A DNA stretch of 38,086 nucleotides, from NCBI GenBank assembly GCA_021818185.1, contig JAKAFA010000001.1:1-38086 (forward strand), read 5' to 3'. The notes beneath the pieces are model-generated. The model was not told the DNA's origin, searched no databases, and was given only the letters and a program-made list of their open reading frames with translations. Origin of the DNA: Pseudomonadota bacterium (GTDB lineage: Bacteria > Pseudomonadota > Alphaproteobacteria > Rhodospirillales > Magnetospirillaceae). Position numbers and translations under genes: made by a program. Positions 11,198-22,139 of this stretch are shown here, piece after piece. The first letter of the stretch is position 1, and each line of letters starts with the position of its first letter.

Positions 11198-11857
11198 ATG
11201 GATCTCGTCCTGTTGGGGCCGCCCGGCGGCGGCAAGGGAACCCAGGCCAAGCGCCTGATGGATAAATTCGGCCTGGTGCAGCTGTCCACCGGCGACATGC
11301 TGCGCGCCGCGGTGGCGTCGGGTTCGGAGATCGGCAAGCGGGCCAAGGCAGTCATGGACGCCGGCCAGCTGGTCTCCGACGACATCGTCATCGGCATCAT
11401 CGACGAACGTCTGGACGCGCCCGACACCAAGGGCGGGGTGATCTTCGACGGCTTCCCCCGCACGGTGGCCCAGGCCGAGGCCCTGGACGCCATGCTGGCC
11501 CGCAAGGGCCGGCGGCTGGGCCACGCCATCGAAATCCGCGTGCCCGACCAGTTGCTGATCGACCGCATCACCGGCCGCTTCACCTGTGCCAAATGCGGTG
11601 CGGGGTATCACGACCAGTTCCAGAAGCCGAAGGCCGCCGGCGTGTGCGACAAGTGCGGCGGCACCGAGTTCGTCCGCCGCGCCGACGACAACGCCGAGAC
11701 GGTAACCAAGCGGCTTGGCGCCTATCACGCCCAGACCGCGCCGCTGCTGCCTTATTACGAAGGCAAGGGCGTGCTGTCGGTGGTGGACGGCACCCAGGAT
11801 ATCGCCGAAGTCACCCGGGCCCTGGAAGCCATCCTGGATGGCGCCAAGGTCGGCTGA
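11198..11857 (+). CDS. adk: Adenylate kinase (Cys4 zinc-lid type)
   Basis: 219-aa ORF MDLVLLGPPGGGKGTQAKRL... (P-loop). The lid carries CAKC-x16-CDKC. Confidence 0.96.
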   Translation: MDLVLLGPPGGGKGTQAKRLMDKFGLVQLSTGDMLRAAVASGSEIGKRAKAVMDAGQLVSDDIVIGIIDERLDAPDTKGGVIFDGFPRTVAQAEALDAMLARKGRRLGHAIEIRVPDQLLIDRITGRFTCAKCGAGYHDQFQKPKAAGVCDKCGGTEFVRRADDNAETVTKRLGAYHAQTAPLLPYYEGKGVLSVVDGTQDIAEVTRALEAILDGAKVG

Positions 11858-11896
11858 GGCCCTGTTCGGTGCGAAACGTTCTGTCGTGAAAACAAG

Positions 11897-11925
11897 GCCC
11901 TGCCCGGACGAATCCGAGGCAGGGC
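11897..11925 (+). terminator. Hairpin downstream of adk (possible weak terminator, no U-tract)
   Basis: GCCCTGCCCGGA (11897-11908) pairs with TCCG-A-GGCAGGGC (11913-11925): 12 bp with one bulge and a CGAA loop. It is followed by GGGGCCCC, not a T-run. Confidence 0.3.
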
Positions 11926-11954
11926 GGGGCCCCGGAAAAGTCGTTGCGTGGGCG

Positions 11955-11982
11955 TTGACTCTCCGGCGAATCCCCCTATAAT
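11955..11982 (+). promoter_or_regulatory. Near-consensus sigma70-type promoter for rpsM-rpsK-rpoA-rplQ
   Basis: TTGACT (11955-11960), 16-nt spacer, TATAAT (11977-11982). Located 160 nt upstream of the rpsM start. Confidence 0.55.
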
Positions 11983-12000
11983 CGCGCACCTTCGGTTTCC

Positions 12001-12040
12001 CCCGCGCCGAGCTGGGCTCGGCGCGGGTGTTTTCCGGTTT
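12001..12040 (+). terminator. Terminator-like hairpin plus T-rich tract inside the rpsM leader (candidate attenuator)
   Basis: Perfect 12-nt arms CCCGCGCCGAGC (12001-12012) / GCTCGGCGCGGG (12016-12027), followed by TGTTTTCCGGTTTT (12028-12041). It lies downstream of the candidate promoter and upstream of the rpsM TTG. Confidence 0.45.
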
Positions 12041-12141
12041 TGCATTTGACCCGGGTGCCGCCCGGGTCCCGGTGGTGCGCCGATCTCCGGCGGTGCCGGG
12101 GCGGTTGGGTGGCCCGTGATCTGTCGAGGGAGTAACCAGCT

Positions 12142-12519
12142 TTGGCCCGTATCGCTGGCGTCAACATTCCGACCAACAAGCGCGTGCTGATCGCGCTGAC
12201 CTACATTCACGGCATCGGCCGTGCCAAGGCATCCGAGATCTGCGCCGCCCTCAGCATCCCCGACGAGCGCCGGGTCAATCAGCTGACCGACGACGAAGTT
12301 CTGAAGATCCGCGAACTGATCGACCGCGACTTCCAGGTGGAAGGCGATCTGCGCCGCTCCGTCGCGATGAACATCAAGCGGCTGATGGATCTGGGCTGCT
12401 ATCGCGGGCTGCGCCATCGGCGCGGTCTGCCGGTGCGCGGCCAGCGCACCCACACCAACGCGCGCACCCGCAAGGGTCCGGCGAAGCCGATTGCCGGCAA
12501 GAAGAAAGTCACGAAGTAA
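12142..12519 (+). CDS. rpsM: 30S ribosomal protein S13
   Basis: 125-aa ORF (M)[25 protein letters not shown].... TTG start at 12142, preceded by GAGGGAG (12126-12132). Confidence 0.96.
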   Translation: MARIAGVNIPTNKRVLIALTYIHGIGRAKASEICAALSIPDERRVNQLTDDEVLKIRELIDRDFQVEGDLRRSVAMNIKRLMDLGCYRGLRHRRGLPVRGQRTHTNARTRKGPAKPIAGKKKVTK

Positions 12520-12531
12520 GGAACACCTCCG

Positions 12532-12927
12532 ATGGCCAAGCCTGCTGCCGCCGCGCGTCCGCGTCGCCGTGAACGCAAGAACATCACCTCTGGCGTGGCG
12601 CATGTGAACTCCACGTTCAACAACACCATGATCACCATCACCGATGCCCAGGGCAATGCCATTTCCTGGTCGTCGTCGGGTATGCAGGGCTTCAAGGGCT
12701 CGCGCAAGTCGACCCCCTACGCCGCCCAGGTGGCCGCCGAGGACGCCGGGCGCAAGGCCATGGAACACGGCATGCGGACCCTGGAGGTCGAGGTGAAAGG
12801 CCCCGGCGCCGGGCGTGAATCCGCGTTGCGCGCCCTACAGGCGGTGGGTTTTACCATCACCTCGATCCGCGACGTCACGCCGATCCCGCATAACGGGTGT
12901 CGGCCGCGCAAGCGTCGCCGCGTCTGA
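12532..12927 (+). CDS. rpsK: 30S ribosomal protein S11
   Basis: 131-aa ORF containing ...[30 protein letters not shown].... Confidence 0.97.
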   Translation: MAKPAAAARPRRRERKNITSGVAHVNSTFNNTMITITDAQGNAISWSSSGMQGFKGSRKSTPYAAQVAAEDAGRKAMEHGMRTLEVEVKGPGAGRESALRALQAVGFTITSIRDVTPIPHNGCRPRKRRRV

Positions 12928-13036
12928 TCGCGGCCTATTCTCCGGGCCGAACGGCGCCGCCGCCTCCCCCCTTGCGGGTGGAGCGGCGGTCGTGCCGTTG
13001 GTGCCCTGGCTCGTTCCTAGCATTGAGGTCACGCAC

Positions 13037-14053
13037 GTGATTCAGAAGAACTGGCAGGAACTCATCAAGCCCGGCAAGCTTCAGATCGAGGCCGGTCATG
13101 ACGCCCAGCGCGTTGCCACCGTGGTAGCGGAGCCGCTGGAACGCGGCTTCGGCATGACGCTGGGCAACAGCTTGCGCCGGGTATTGCTGTCGTCGCTGCA
13201 AGGCGCCGCGGTCTCCGCCATCCAGATCGAGGGCGTGCTCCACGAGTTCTCGTCGATCCCCGGCGTGCGCGAGGACGTCACCGATATCATCCTCAACATC
13301 AAGGCCCTGGGCCTGAGGATGCACGGCGAAGGCCCGAAGCGCATGTACCTGAAGGCCACCGGCCCGGGTGAGGTGAAGGCGGGCATGATCGAGGCCGGCC
13401 ACGACATCGAGGTGATGGACCCCGACCTGGTGCTGTGCACCCTGGACGAGGGCGCCAAGCTCAACATCGAGTTCACCGTGGAAACAGGCAAGGGCTATGT
13501 CCCGGCGTCGATGAACCGGCCCGAGGATTCGCCGATCGGCCTGATCCCGATCGACGCCATCTTCTCGCCGGTCAAGAAGGTGGCCTACAAGGTCGAGAAC
13601 ACCCGCGTCGGCCAGGTGACCGACTACGACAAGCTGTCGATGGTGGTCGAGACCAACGGCGCCGTCAGCCCCGAGGACGCGGTGGCCCTGGCCGCGCGCA
13701 TCCTTCAGGACCAGTTGCAGCTGTTCATCAACTTCGAGGAACCGACCCAGGTCGTCGAGGAAGAGCGCAAGGACGAGCTGCCGTTCAACAAGAACCTGCT
13801 GCGCAAGGTGGACGAGCTGGAGCTTTCGGTCCGGTCGGCCAACTGCCTGAAGAACGACAACATCATCTATATCGGCGATCTGGTCCTCAAGACCGAGGCC
13901 GAGATGCTGCGCACCCCGAACTTCGGCCGCAAGTCCCTGAACGAGATCAAGGAGGTCCTGTCGCAGATGGGCCTGCATCTCGGGATGGAGATCCCGAACT
14001 GGCCGCCGGAGAACATCGAGGAACTGGCGAAGAAGCTGGAAGAGCCGTACTGA
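13037..14053 (+). CDS. rpoA: DNA-directed RNA polymerase subunit alpha
   Basis: In-frame GTG at 13037 within ORF 12815..14053 gives a 338-aa protein (V/M)[17 protein letters not shown]...[12 protein letters not shown].... The upstream 74 codons overlap rpsK and are Arg/Pro-rich noise. Confidence 0.95.
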   Translation: MIQKNWQELIKPGKLQIEAGHDAQRVATVVAEPLERGFGMTLGNSLRRVLLSSLQGAAVSAIQIEGVLHEFSSIPGVREDVTDIILNIKALGLRMHGEGPKRMYLKATGPGEVKAGMIEAGHDIEVMDPDLVLCTLDEGAKLNIEFTVETGKGYVPASMNRPEDSPIGLIPIDAIFSPVKKVAYKVENTRVGQVTDYDKLSMVVETNGAVSPEDAVALAARILQDQLQLFINFEEPTQVVEEERKDELPFNKNLLRKVDELELSVRSANCLKNDNIIYIGDLVLKTEAEMLRTPNFGRKSLNEIKEVLSQMGLHLGMEIPNWPPENIEELAKKLEEPY

Positions 14054-14213
14054 GTTCGCGGCAATACCTTCACCCGGCCGCTTTGCGGCGGGTGAGGGGG
14101 TTTATCCCTGGGCCATCCCGGCCCGACCGCGGCGTACTCCCTGACCATCGGGGGCGATCGCGGGGCATTATCGGATCTCGGCCCCCGAGACCAAGCGTAG
14201 AGGAGAGCACCAG

Positions 14214-14636
14214 ATGCGTCATGGCATGGCCGGCCGCAAGCTGAACCGCACCAGCGCCCACCGTAAGGCGATGTTTTCCAACATGGTGGTGGCGCTGCTG
14301 AAGCACGAGCAGATCAAGACCACCCTGCCCAAGGCCAAGGATCTGCGTCCGATCGCCGAGAAGCTGATCACCCGCGCCAAGAGCGGCACGCTGCACGACC
14401 GCCGCCAGGTCTTCGCGTTCCTGCGCGACGACGCCGTGGTCGCCAAGCTGTTCTCGACGCTGGCCGAGCGGTACAAGGGCCGTCCCGGCGGCTATACCCG
14501 CGTGCTGAAGGCGGGCTTCCGCTATGGCGACGCGGCGCCGATGGCGATCATCGAACTGGTGGATCGCGATCTGGCCGCCAAGGGCACCGATTCCGGGCCG
14601 ACCGCCGAGAAGAGCGAAGAGACGGACGAGGAATAA
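14214..14636 (+). CDS. rplQ: 50S ribosomal protein L17
   Basis: 140-aa [27 protein letters not shown]... with an acidic C-terminal tail. Confidence 0.96.
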   Translation: MRHGMAGRKLNRTSAHRKAMFSNMVVALLKHEQIKTTLPKAKDLRPIAEKLITRAKSGTLHDRRQVFAFLRDDAVVAKLFSTLAERYKGRPGGYTRVLKAGFRYGDAAPMAIIELVDRDLAAKGTDSGPTAEKSEETDEE

Positions 14637-14664
14637 ACCTCCCGACTGTTCGCAGATCGATCAA

Positions 14665-14691
14665 GGCCGCCCCGCAAGGGGCGGCCTTTTT
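14665..14691 (+). terminator. Rho-independent terminator ending the alpha operon
   Basis: GGCCGCCCC (14665-14673), GCAA loop, GGGGCGGCC (14678-14686), then TTTTT (14687-14691). Confidence 0.85.
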
Positions 14692-14807
14692 CGTGACCAG
14701 CCGAACGGGTAGGCCCCTCCCACGCGATGGACCTCCCCCCACGCGGGGACTTGGGCTGCCTTGCCGCATGGGTTAGAACGGTCGAGGCGCATCCGCGGAG
14801 GGAGGCG

Positions 14808-17800
14808 GTGGTGGGTGGCTGGCAATTCTGGATCGATCGCGGCGGCACCTTCACCGACGTGGTGGCCCGCGACCCCGGTGGGGGATTGGCGACCTACAAG
14901 CTGTTGTCGGAGAATCCCGGCCGCTACGGCGACGCCGCCCTGGCCGGCATCCGGTTGGCCCTGGGTCTGGCGCCCGAATCGCCGATTCCGCCGGAGGCGG
15001 TGGCGGCCGTCAAGATGGGCACTACGGTGGCCACCAACGCGCTGCTGGAGCGGCGGGGCGACCCTACTCTGCTGGTGGTGACCCGCGGTTTCGCCGATCT
15101 GCTGCGGATCGGCGGCCAGAACCGGCCCGACCTGTTCGCGCGGGCCATCCGCCTGCCGGAGATGCTTTACGAGCGGGTGGCCGAGGTGCCGGAGCGGGTT
15201 TCGGCCAGCGGCGAGGTGCTGCTGCCCCTCGACCTGGAGGCGGCGGAGGCCGCCTTGCGGGCCGCCTACGAGGCCGGCATTCGCGCCGCCGCCATCGTCT
15301 TCCTGCACGGCTGGCGCTTTCCCGACCACGAACTTGCGGTGGGGCGGCTGGCAGAATCCCTCGGCTTTACCCAGGTGTCGCTGTCGCATCAGGCGTCGCC
15401 GTTGATGAAGGTGGTGGGCCGTGGCGACACCACGGTGGCCGACGCTTATCTGTCGCCCAAGCTGCGACGTTATGTTGCGCAGGTGGCGGGGGAGTTGCAG
15501 GGCGGCCGGCTCCTGTTCATGCAGTCTTCGGGCGGGTTGACCGACGCCCGGCGTTTTCAGGGCAAGGATGCCATCCTCTCCGGTCCGGCCGGCGGGGTGG
15601 TGGGGGCGGTGCGCACCGCCGCCATGGCCGGTTTCGACCGGCTGATCGGCTTCGACATGGGCGGCACCTCGACCGATGTCTGCCATTACGACGGCACCTT
15701 CGAGCGCAGCTTCGATACCATGGTCGCCGGTGTGCGCATCCGCGCCCCCATGCTGCGCATCCACACGGTGGCGGCGGGCGGCGGGTCGGTGCTCGCCTTC
15801 GACGGCGCCCGCTTCCGGGTGGGGCCGGGCTCGGCCGGGGCCGATCCCGGGCCGGCCTGCTACCGCCGCGGCGGGCCGCTGACCGTCACCGATTGCAACG
15901 TCATGGTGGGCAAGCTGCATCCCGATCTGTTCCCGGCGGTGTTCGGCCCGGAGGGGGACGAGACGCTGGATGTCGAGGCGGTGCGCGCCGGCTTCGAGGC
16001 CCTGGCCTGCCAGGCCGGGCGCAGCCCGGAAGCGGCGGCCGAGGGCTTCCTTTCCATCGCCGTGCTGAACATGGCCGGCGCCATCAAGCAGGTCAGCGTG
16101 GCGCGCGGCTATGACGTCACCCGCTATACCCTGGTGTGCTTCGGCGGGGCGGGCGGTCAGCATGCCTGTCTGGTGGCCGATGCGCTGGGAATGGACGCGG
16201 TGTTCCTGCACCCGCTGGCCGGGGTGCTGTCGGCCTATGGCATGGGGCTGGCCGATCTGCGGGTGCTGAAGGAACGGGCGCTGGAAGTGGTGTTGGACGA
16301 CGGCTCGATGCCGGCGGTCAATCGCGCTTTCGCCGATCTGGAACTGGAGGGGCGCAACGACCTGGAGCGCCAGGGGGTGGAGCGCGAAACCATGAGCGCG
16401 GTCCGCCGCGTGCTGGTCAAGTACCAGGGGGCCGATACGGCGCTGGAGGTGGACGCCGGACCCGGTGGCCGCGCCGGCCTGGAGGCCGGTTTCCGCGCTG
16501 CCCACCGCGCCCGCTTCGGCTTCACCCTCGACCGGCCGCTGGTGGTCGAGGCGGCCACCGTCGAAGTGCTGGGCGGCGGCGAGCCGATAGCCGAAACGGA
16601 AGAGCCGCCGGGCCCCGCCGCGCCGCCGCCGCCGCTGGCGGTGCGGCCGATGTTCACCGGCGGGGAGTGGCGAGACGCCGCCATCTACCGCCGCGCCGCC
16701 CTGCATCCCGGCGCCCGGGTGGACGGGCCGGCCATCATCGCCGAGCCCACCGCCACCACGGTGGTGGAGCCCGGTTGGCAGGCCGAGATGACCGGGCGCC
16801 GCCATCTGGTGCTGCGCCGGGTTGTGCCGCGGCCGCAACGTTTCGCGGCCGGCACTACTGTCGATCCGGTGCTGCTGGAGGTGTTCAACAACCTGTTCAT
16901 GTCGGTAGCGGAACAGATGGGGGCGGTGCTGGCCAACACCGCCCATTCGGTCAACATCAAGGAGCGGCTGGACTTCTCGTGCGCGGTGTTCGACGCCGGT
17001 GGCGGGCTGGTGGCCAACGCCCCCCATATCCCGGTGCATCTGGGCTCGATGGGCCAGAGCGTGCGCAGCGTGCTGGCGGCGCGGCGGCCCGATCTGCGCC
17101 CGGGCTGCTCCTACGTCCTGAACTCGCCCTATGACGGCGGCACTCACCTGCCCGACATCACCGTGGTGACGCCGGTTTTCGATCGGGCCGGCCGCGATCT
17201 GCTGTTCTGCGTCGCCAGCCGGGGCCACCACGCCGATATCGGCGGCCTGACCCCCGGCTCGATGCCGCCGCTGTCGACCACCATCGCCGACGAGGGCGTG
17301 CTGATCGACGTCCGCCCGCTGGTGGCCGACGGCCGCTTCCTGGAGGAGGACATGCGGGCCCTGCTGGCTGGCGGGCCGTTCCCGGCCCGCAACCCCGACC
17401 AGAACATCGCGGATCTGCAAGCGCAGTTGGCGGCCAATGCCAAGGGGGCCGAGGAATTGCTGGGGATGGTGGACCGTTTCGGACTCGATACGGTCGCCGC
17501 CTATATGGGGCATGTCCAGGCCAACGCCGCGGAAAGCGTGCGCCGCGCCCTCGACCGGCTGGAGGACGGCGCCTTCGCCGTCGAAATGGACGAGGGGGCG
17601 GTCATTCGCGTCGCGGTCACCATCGACAAGGCGGCGCGGCGCGCCCGCATCGACTTCACCGGCACCAGCCCCCAGCGGCCGGGCAACGTCAACGCGCCCG
17701 CGGCGATCGCGCGCGCCGCGGTGCTGTACGTGTTCCGCACCATCGTTGACGATGCCATCCCCCTGAACGAAGGCTGCCTGGCGCCCCTCGACATCGTCAT

Positions 17801-18389
17801 TCCGCCGGGCAGCATGCTGGCGCCCCGGCCGCCGGCCGCGGTGGTGGCCGGCAATGTCGAAACCAGCCAGGCCATCGTCGATTGCCTGATGGGGGCGCTG
17901 AAGGTGATGGCGGCATCCCAGGGCACCATGAACAACCTGACCTTCGGCGATGCGGAGTGTCAGTATTACGAAACCATCTGCGGCGGGGCGGGGGCGGGGC
18001 CGGATTTCCCGGGGGCCAGCGCCGTGCACACCCACATGACCAATTCTCGCCTGACCGACCCCGAGGTGCTGGAATGGCGCTTTCCGGTGCTGGTGGACGG
18101 CTTCGCCATCCGCCGCGGCTCGGGCGGAGCGGGGCGGCAGCCGGGCGGCGACGGCGTGGTCCGCCGGCTGAAGTTCCGCCGGCCGATGGCCGCCGCCATT
18201 CTGTCCAACCGCCGGCGCATCGCTCCCTTCGGGCTGGAGGGCGGCGGAGACGGCCAGCCGGGGCGCAATACCCTGCTGCGCGCCGATGGCAGCCGCCAGG
18301 ATCTGCCCGCCACCGCCCAGGTTGAGGTGGCGGCGGGCGACGTCATCGTGATCGAGACCCCGGGCGGCGGCGGCTGGGGCCGGCCATAG
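14808..18389 (+). CDS. Fused hydantoinase A/B family protein, 5-oxoprolinase-like (ATP-dependent)
   Basis: The ~1200-aa ORF carries the hallmark N-terminus ...[19 protein letters not shown]..., a HyuA-like half, and a HyuB-like half (...[20 protein letters not shown]...). GTG at 14808/14811 follows GGAGGGAGG (14797-14805). The ATG at 14727 in the ORF track is the alternative start. Confidence 0.85.
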   Translation: MVGGWQFWIDRGGTFTDVVARDPGGGLATYKLLSENPGRYGDAALAGIRLALGLAPESPIPPEAVAAVKMGTTVATNALLERRGDPTLLVVTRGFADLLRIGGQNRPDLFARAIRLPEMLYERVAEVPERVSASGEVLLPLDLEAAEAALRAAYEAGIRAAAIVFLHGWRFPDHELAVGRLAESLGFTQVSLSHQASPLMKVVGRGDTTVADAYLSPKLRRYVAQVAGELQGGRLLFMQSSGGLTDARRFQGKDAILSGPAGGVVGAVRTAAMAGFDRLIGFDMGGTSTDVCHYDGTFERSFDTMVAGVRIRAPMLRIHTVAAGGGSVLAFDGARFRVGPGSAGADPGPACYRRGGPLTVTDCNVMVGKLHPDLFPAVFGPEGDETLDVEAVRAGFEALACQAGRSPEAAAEGFLSIAVLNMAGAIKQVSVARGYDVTRYTLVCFGGAGGQHACLVADALGMDAVFLHPLAGVLSAYGMGLADLRVLKERALEVVLDDGSMPAVNRAFADLELEGRNDLERQGVERETMSAVRRVLVKYQGADTALEVDAGPGGRAGLEAGFRAAHRARFGFTLDRPLVVEAATVEVLGGGEPIAETEEPPGPAAPPPPLAVRPMFTGGEWRDAAIYRRAALHPGARVDGPAIIAEPTATTVVEPGWQAEMTGRRHLVLRRVVPRPQRFAAGTTVDPVLLEVFNNLFMSVAEQMGAVLANTAHSVNIKERLDFSCAVFDAGGGLVANAPHIPVHLGSMGQSVRSVLAARRPDLRPGCSYVLNSPYDGGTHLPDITVVTPVFDRAGRDLLFCVASRGHHADIGGLTPGSMPPLSTTIADEGVLIDVRPLVADGRFLEEDMRALLAGGPFPARNPDQNIADLQAQLAANAKGAEELLGMVDRFGLDTVAAYMGHVQANAAESVRRALDRLEDGAFAVEMDEGAVIRVAVTIDKAARRARIDFTGTSPQRPGNVNAPAAIARAAVLYVFRTIVDDAIPLNEGCLAPLDIVIPPGSMLAPRPPAAVVAGNVETSQAIVDCLMGALKVMAASQGTMNNLTFGDAECQYYETICGGAGAGPDFPGASAVHTHMTNSRLTDPEVLEWRFPVLVDGFAIRRGSGGAGRQPGGDGVVRRLKFRRPMAAAILSNRRRIAPFGLEGGGDGQPGRNTLLRADGSRQDLPATAQVEVAAGDVIVIETPGGGGWGRP

Positions 18390-18477
18390 GCGACCTGCCC
18401 GCCGTCCATCAACTGCCTCTTTTCCCGAAGGCGGCTCCCCGCCATAGTGATGGCCGCAAGGCTGCCAGGGGAGGAGC

Positions 18478-19830
18478 ATGGTCGGGTTCAACGCGGAGGC
18501 GACCAATTGGTTGCAAAGCACGCTGATCCATTCGGAACGGTGGCTGAGCCGGACGGTGCTCGACTGGTCGAACGCCTGGCAGGTGGGGGCGACGCTGGCC
18601 GCCGTGCTGGTGGCGCGTCTGCTGCTGCCGCGGGTGCGCCGGGGGCTGGGCGTCCTGGTGGCCCAGCGCGGCTGGGCGGCCGGCGGCCGGGCCAAGATCC
18701 TGTGGGCCGCCATCCATGTGCTGATCTTTCCGGCGCTGTGGCTGCTGGGACAATGGGTGGCGACCATGGCGCTGGCCCAGGCGGGGCAGCCCAGCCGTCT
18801 GAGTGAAACCGTCGCCGACCTGCTCAGCGCCTGGCTGGTGATCCGTCTGTCCACCGCCTTCCTGGCCGGGAGCGGCTGGTCGCGGCTGGTGGCGACCATC
18901 GCCTGGGCGGCGGCCGCCCTCGACATCACCGGCCTTTGGGGCTCGACCATCCGCCTGCTCGACCATATCGGCATGGATTTCGGCACGACCCGGGTGTCGC
19001 TGCTGCTGGTGATCCGCGCCTTCATCGCCCTGGCGTCGCTGCTGTGGCTGTCGGGCGTGCTGTCGCGGGCGATGGAAAAGCGCATCCTGGCCCTGCCCGA
19101 CCTGACCCCCTCGGCGCGGGTGCTGTTCACCAAGGTCGCGAAGGTCACGGTGGTGACCCTGGGCATCATTCTGGCGCTGAAAAGCGTCGGTATCGACCTG
19201 TCGGCCTTCGCCCTGCTGTCGGGCGCCATCGGCCTGGGGGTGGGCTTCGGCCTACAGAAGGTGGTCTCCAACCTGATCAGCGGCGTCATCCTGCTGCTGG
19301 ACAAGTCCATCAAGCCGGGCGACGTGATCAGCCTGGGCGAAACCTATGGCTGGATCGCCTCGCTGGGCGCGCGCTATGTCTCGGTGATCACCGTCGACGG
19401 CATCGAGTACCTGATCCCCAACGAGGAATTGATCACCCAGCGGGTGGAGAACTGGACCTTCACCCACGATCGGGTGCGGCTGCGCATCCCGGTGGGCGTG
19501 GCCTACGATACCGATCTGCACCAGGCCATGGCGCTGTGCATCGAAGCCGCCCGCGCCGCCCCGCGCATCCTGGCCGACCCACCGCCAATCTGCCTGCTCA
19601 CCGGCTTCGGCGCCAGCTCGCTGGACCTGGAGCTGCGCTGCTGGATCGCCGACCCCAAGCACGGCATCTCCGAGGCGAAAAGCGGTGTGCTGATCGGCAT
19701 CTGGGAGCGCTTCCGCCGGGACGGCATCGAGATCCCCTATCCGCAGCAGGACGTGCGGATCAAGGAAATGCCGCCCGCGGCACCGGCCGCCCAATCCCAA
19801 GGCGCCGGCTTGGCCGAGCGGGTCAGCTGA
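18478..19830 (+). CDS. MscS-family mechanosensitive ion channel
   Basis: 450-aa ORF with multiple N-terminal TM helices and the MscS core ...QKVVSNLISGVILLLDKSIKPGDVISLGETYGWI...ITVDGIEYLIPNEELITQRVENWT.... GGAGGAG lies before the ATG. Confidence 0.85.
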   Translation: MVGFNAEATNWLQSTLIHSERWLSRTVLDWSNAWQVGATLAAVLVARLLLPRVRRGLGVLVAQRGWAAGGRAKILWAAIHVLIFPALWLLGQWVATMALAQAGQPSRLSETVADLLSAWLVIRLSTAFLAGSGWSRLVATIAWAAAALDITGLWGSTIRLLDHIGMDFGTTRVSLLLVIRAFIALASLLWLSGVLSRAMEKRILALPDLTPSARVLFTKVAKVTVVTLGIILALKSVGIDLSAFALLSGAIGLGVGFGLQKVVSNLISGVILLLDKSIKPGDVISLGETYGWIASLGARYVSVITVDGIEYLIPNEELITQRVENWTFTHDRVRLRIPVGVAYDTDLHQAMALCIEAARAAPRILADPPPICLLTGFGASSLDLELRCWIADPKHGISEAKSGVLIGIWERFRRDGIEIPYPQQDVRIKEMPPAAPAAQSQGAGLAERVS

Positions 19831-19886
19831 CGGACGCGGCCCTCAGGCCCGGTTCGGAAATGACGCGGTTATTTCCGAACAAACCC

Positions 19887-20264
19887 TCAGGCTTCGTACC
19901 GCGGCGGTGCCGGGTGGCCGTAATAGGACTCGGGGCGCGCCCCGTCGGGCCGGTCGTCGGCCAGCGCCTCGATGACCTCGGCCAGCCGGGGGCTGATGGC
20001 GGCGAAGGCGATGCGCAAATGATCGTCGCCGAGGCCGACCACATGGCCGCTGATGGGGATGGCCCGGGTGAAGTCCAGGGACGACCCGGTCTGGGGCACG
20101 ATGCGGAACCGGATGTTGCGGTGCGGCTGCCAGGACGAAGGCCGCGCCACCCGCACCCCGGCTACGGAGATATTGATCACGGGAACCATGTCGCCGTCGA
20201 TTTCGGCGATCACGGCGTCGCCGGGAGAACGGCGGTATTGTCGAAGCTCGATTATTTCTGCCAT
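19887..20264 (-). CDS. Small single-domain PilZ protein (putative c-di-GMP receptor)
   Basis: The 125-aa ORF has both PilZ signatures at the usual spacing: RQYRR (RxxxR) and NISVAG (D/NxSxxG). Confidence 0.6.
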   Translation of the reverse strand: MAEIIELRQYRRSPGDAVIAEIDGDMVPVINISVAGVRVARPSSWQPHRNIRFRIVPQTGSSLDFTRAIPISGHVVGLGDDHLRIAFAAISPRLAEVIEALADDRPDGARPESYYGHPAPPRYEA

Positions 20265-20476
20265 CGCGGTTCCTCCCTACCGGCAGGCCTGACGAACCTG
20301 GGTCCGGTGTTTGGCATCTTGGCGGCCTCGGCCCCTTTGCACAGTCCCTGTTTAGGGACGTTCCAACGTTTTACTTGCGAATTTTCCCGTTTCCTCGGGC
20401 GGCGCAACCCGGCCTTGCCGCCGCCCGCCGCCGTGGTTAAAGTCCGCCGAATCTGCCCCGCCATCCCGAGGGATCT

Positions 20477-22030
20477 ATGACCGACCGCGTGCTCATCGTC
20501 GATTTCGGCTCGCAGGTGACCCAGCTGATCGCGCGCCGGGTGCGCGAAAGCGGCGTCTACTGCGAAATCCATCCCTTCAACCGGGTGACCGGCGCCTCGC
20601 TCCGCGACTTCGCCCCGCGGGCGGTGATCCTGTCGGGCGGGCCGGCCTCGGTGGTCGATATCGGCACCCCCCGCGCCGCCGACGAGGTGTTCGCCCTCGG
20701 CGTGCCGGTGCTCGGCATCTGCTACGGCCAGCAGACCATGTGCGCCCAATTGGGCGGCACGGTGGAACCCGGCGATCACCGCGAATTCGGCCGCGCCTGG
20801 GTGGAGGTGGCCGATGAGTGCGCCCTGTTCCACGGCGTCTGGAGCAAGGGCGGGCGCGAACAGGTGTGGATGAGCCACGGCGACCGCGTCACCGCCCTGC
20901 CGCCCGGCTTCCGGGTGGTCGCCACCTCGGAGGGGGCGCCCTTCGCCGCCATCGCCGACGACGCGCGGCGCTTCTACGGCGTCCAGTTCCATCCCGAGGT
21001 GGTGCACACCCCCCACGGCGCCCAGTTGCTACGCAATTTCACCCACGGCGTGGCCGGCTGTTCCGGCGACTGGACCATGGCGGCGTTCCGCGCCCAGGAA
21101 ATCGCCAAGGTGCGCGCCCAGGTGGGCGGCGGCCGGGTGATCTGCGGCCTGTCGGGCGGGGTCGATTCCTCGGTGGTGGCGGCGCTGCTGCACGAGGCCA
21201 TCGGCGACCAGCTGACCTGCGTCTTCGTCGATACCGGCCTGATGCGCCTGGGCGAGGCCGATCAGGTGGTCAGCGTGTTCCGCGACCGCTTCAACATCAA
21301 CCTGGTGCATCGCGACGCCTCGGAGCTGTTCCTGGCCAAGCTGGAGGGCGTCACCGACCCCGAACGCAAGCGCAAGATCATCGGCGCCACCTTCATCGAC
21401 GTGTTCGAGGAGGAGGCGCGCAAGGTGGGCGGCGCCGATTTCCTGGCCCAGGGCACCCTCTATCCCGACGTCATCGAATCGGTGTCGTTCATCGGCGGGC
21501 CGTCGGTGACCATCAAGAGCCACCACAATGTCGGCGGCCTGCCCGAGCGCATGAACATGAAGCTGGTCGAGCCGCTGCGCGAGCTGTTCAAGGACGAGGT
21601 CCGCGCGCTGGGCCGCGAACTGGGCCTGCCCGACGACATGGTCGGCCGCCATCCCTTCCCCGGCCCCGGCCTGGCCATCCGCATTCCCGGCCAGGAGATC
21701 ACCCGCGACAAGCTGGAGATCCTGCGCAAGGCCGACGCCGTCTACCTCGAGGAAATCCGCGCCGCCGGCCTCTACGACGCCATCTGGCAGGCCTTCGCCG
21801 TGCTGCTGCCGGTCCGCACCGTCGGCGTGATGGGCGATTCGCGCTCCTACGACTACGCCTGCGCCCTGCGCGCCGTGACCAGCACCGACGGCATGACGGC
21901 GGACTTCTATCCCTTCGACATGGCGTTCCTCGGCCGGGTGGCCAATCGCATCATCAACGAGGTCAAGGGCATCAACCGCGTGACCTTCGACGTGACCTCG
22001 AAGCCGCCGGGGACCATCGAGTGGGAGTGA
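20477..22030 (+). CDS. guaA: GMP synthase (glutamine-hydrolysing)
   Basis: 517-aa [27 protein letters not shown]...ICYGQQ...[10 protein letters not shown]...PGTIEWE. Confidence 0.97.
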   Translation: MTDRVLIVDFGSQVTQLIARRVRESGVYCEIHPFNRVTGASLRDFAPRAVILSGGPASVVDIGTPRAADEVFALGVPVLGICYGQQTMCAQLGGTVEPGDHREFGRAWVEVADECALFHGVWSKGGREQVWMSHGDRVTALPPGFRVVATSEGAPFAAIADDARRFYGVQFHPEVVHTPHGAQLLRNFTHGVAGCSGDWTMAAFRAQEIAKVRAQVGGGRVICGLSGGVDSSVVAALLHEAIGDQLTCVFVDTGLMRLGEADQVVSVFRDRFNINLVHRDASELFLAKLEGVTDPERKRKIIGATFIDVFEEEARKVGGADFLAQGTLYPDVIESVSFIGGPSVTIKSHHNVGGLPERMNMKLVEPLRELFKDEVRALGRELGLPDDMVGRHPFPGPGLAIRIPGQEITRDKLEILRKADAVYLEEIRAAGLYDAIWQAFAVLLPVRTVGVMGDSRSYDYACALRAVTSTDGMTADFYPFDMAFLGRVANRIINEVKGINRVTFDVTSKPPGTIEWE

Positions 22031-22139
22031 TCCTCGCCAGGGGGCATTCCGGCTTCGGGCCGCTTGCCGGGCCGCGCCGGTCCAGGTAGCTTGACCGCGC
22101 AAGGGCCGCCGCGGGCGGGCGGAGAGCGAGAGTATAAAG

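Noticed and set aside
11570-11680. Cys4 (CxxC-x16-CxxC) zinc-lid in adenylate kinase of a Gram-negative organism
   Set aside because: This is a real feature, but metal-binding lids are already documented in some Gram-negative and alphaproteobacterial adenylate kinases, so it is not novel.
9818-11989. 723-aa minus-strand ORF
   Set aside because: It is antisense to secY and adk, both unambiguous. Its composition is typical of a high-GC shadow ORF.
12815-13036. 74-codon upstream extension of rpoA in the ORF track
   Set aside because: It overlaps rpsK out of frame. The conserved alpha-subunit N-terminus ([11 protein letters not shown]) begins at the GTG at 13037 and gives the normal length of about 338 aa.
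14661-19313. 1550-aa ORF on the minus strand, the longest ORF in the window
   Set aside because: It is entirely antisense to the well-supported oxoprolinase-like and MscS genes. Its translation is Arg/Ala/Pro/Gly-rich low-complexity sequence with no recognisable motifs. Long stop-free antisense frames are expected at this G+C content.
18936-20480. 514-aa + strand ORF spanning the mscS 3' half, the PilZ gene and the guaA upstream region
   Set aside because: It is out of frame with mscS and antisense to PilZ, and has a low-complexity Arg/Gly/Pro translation.
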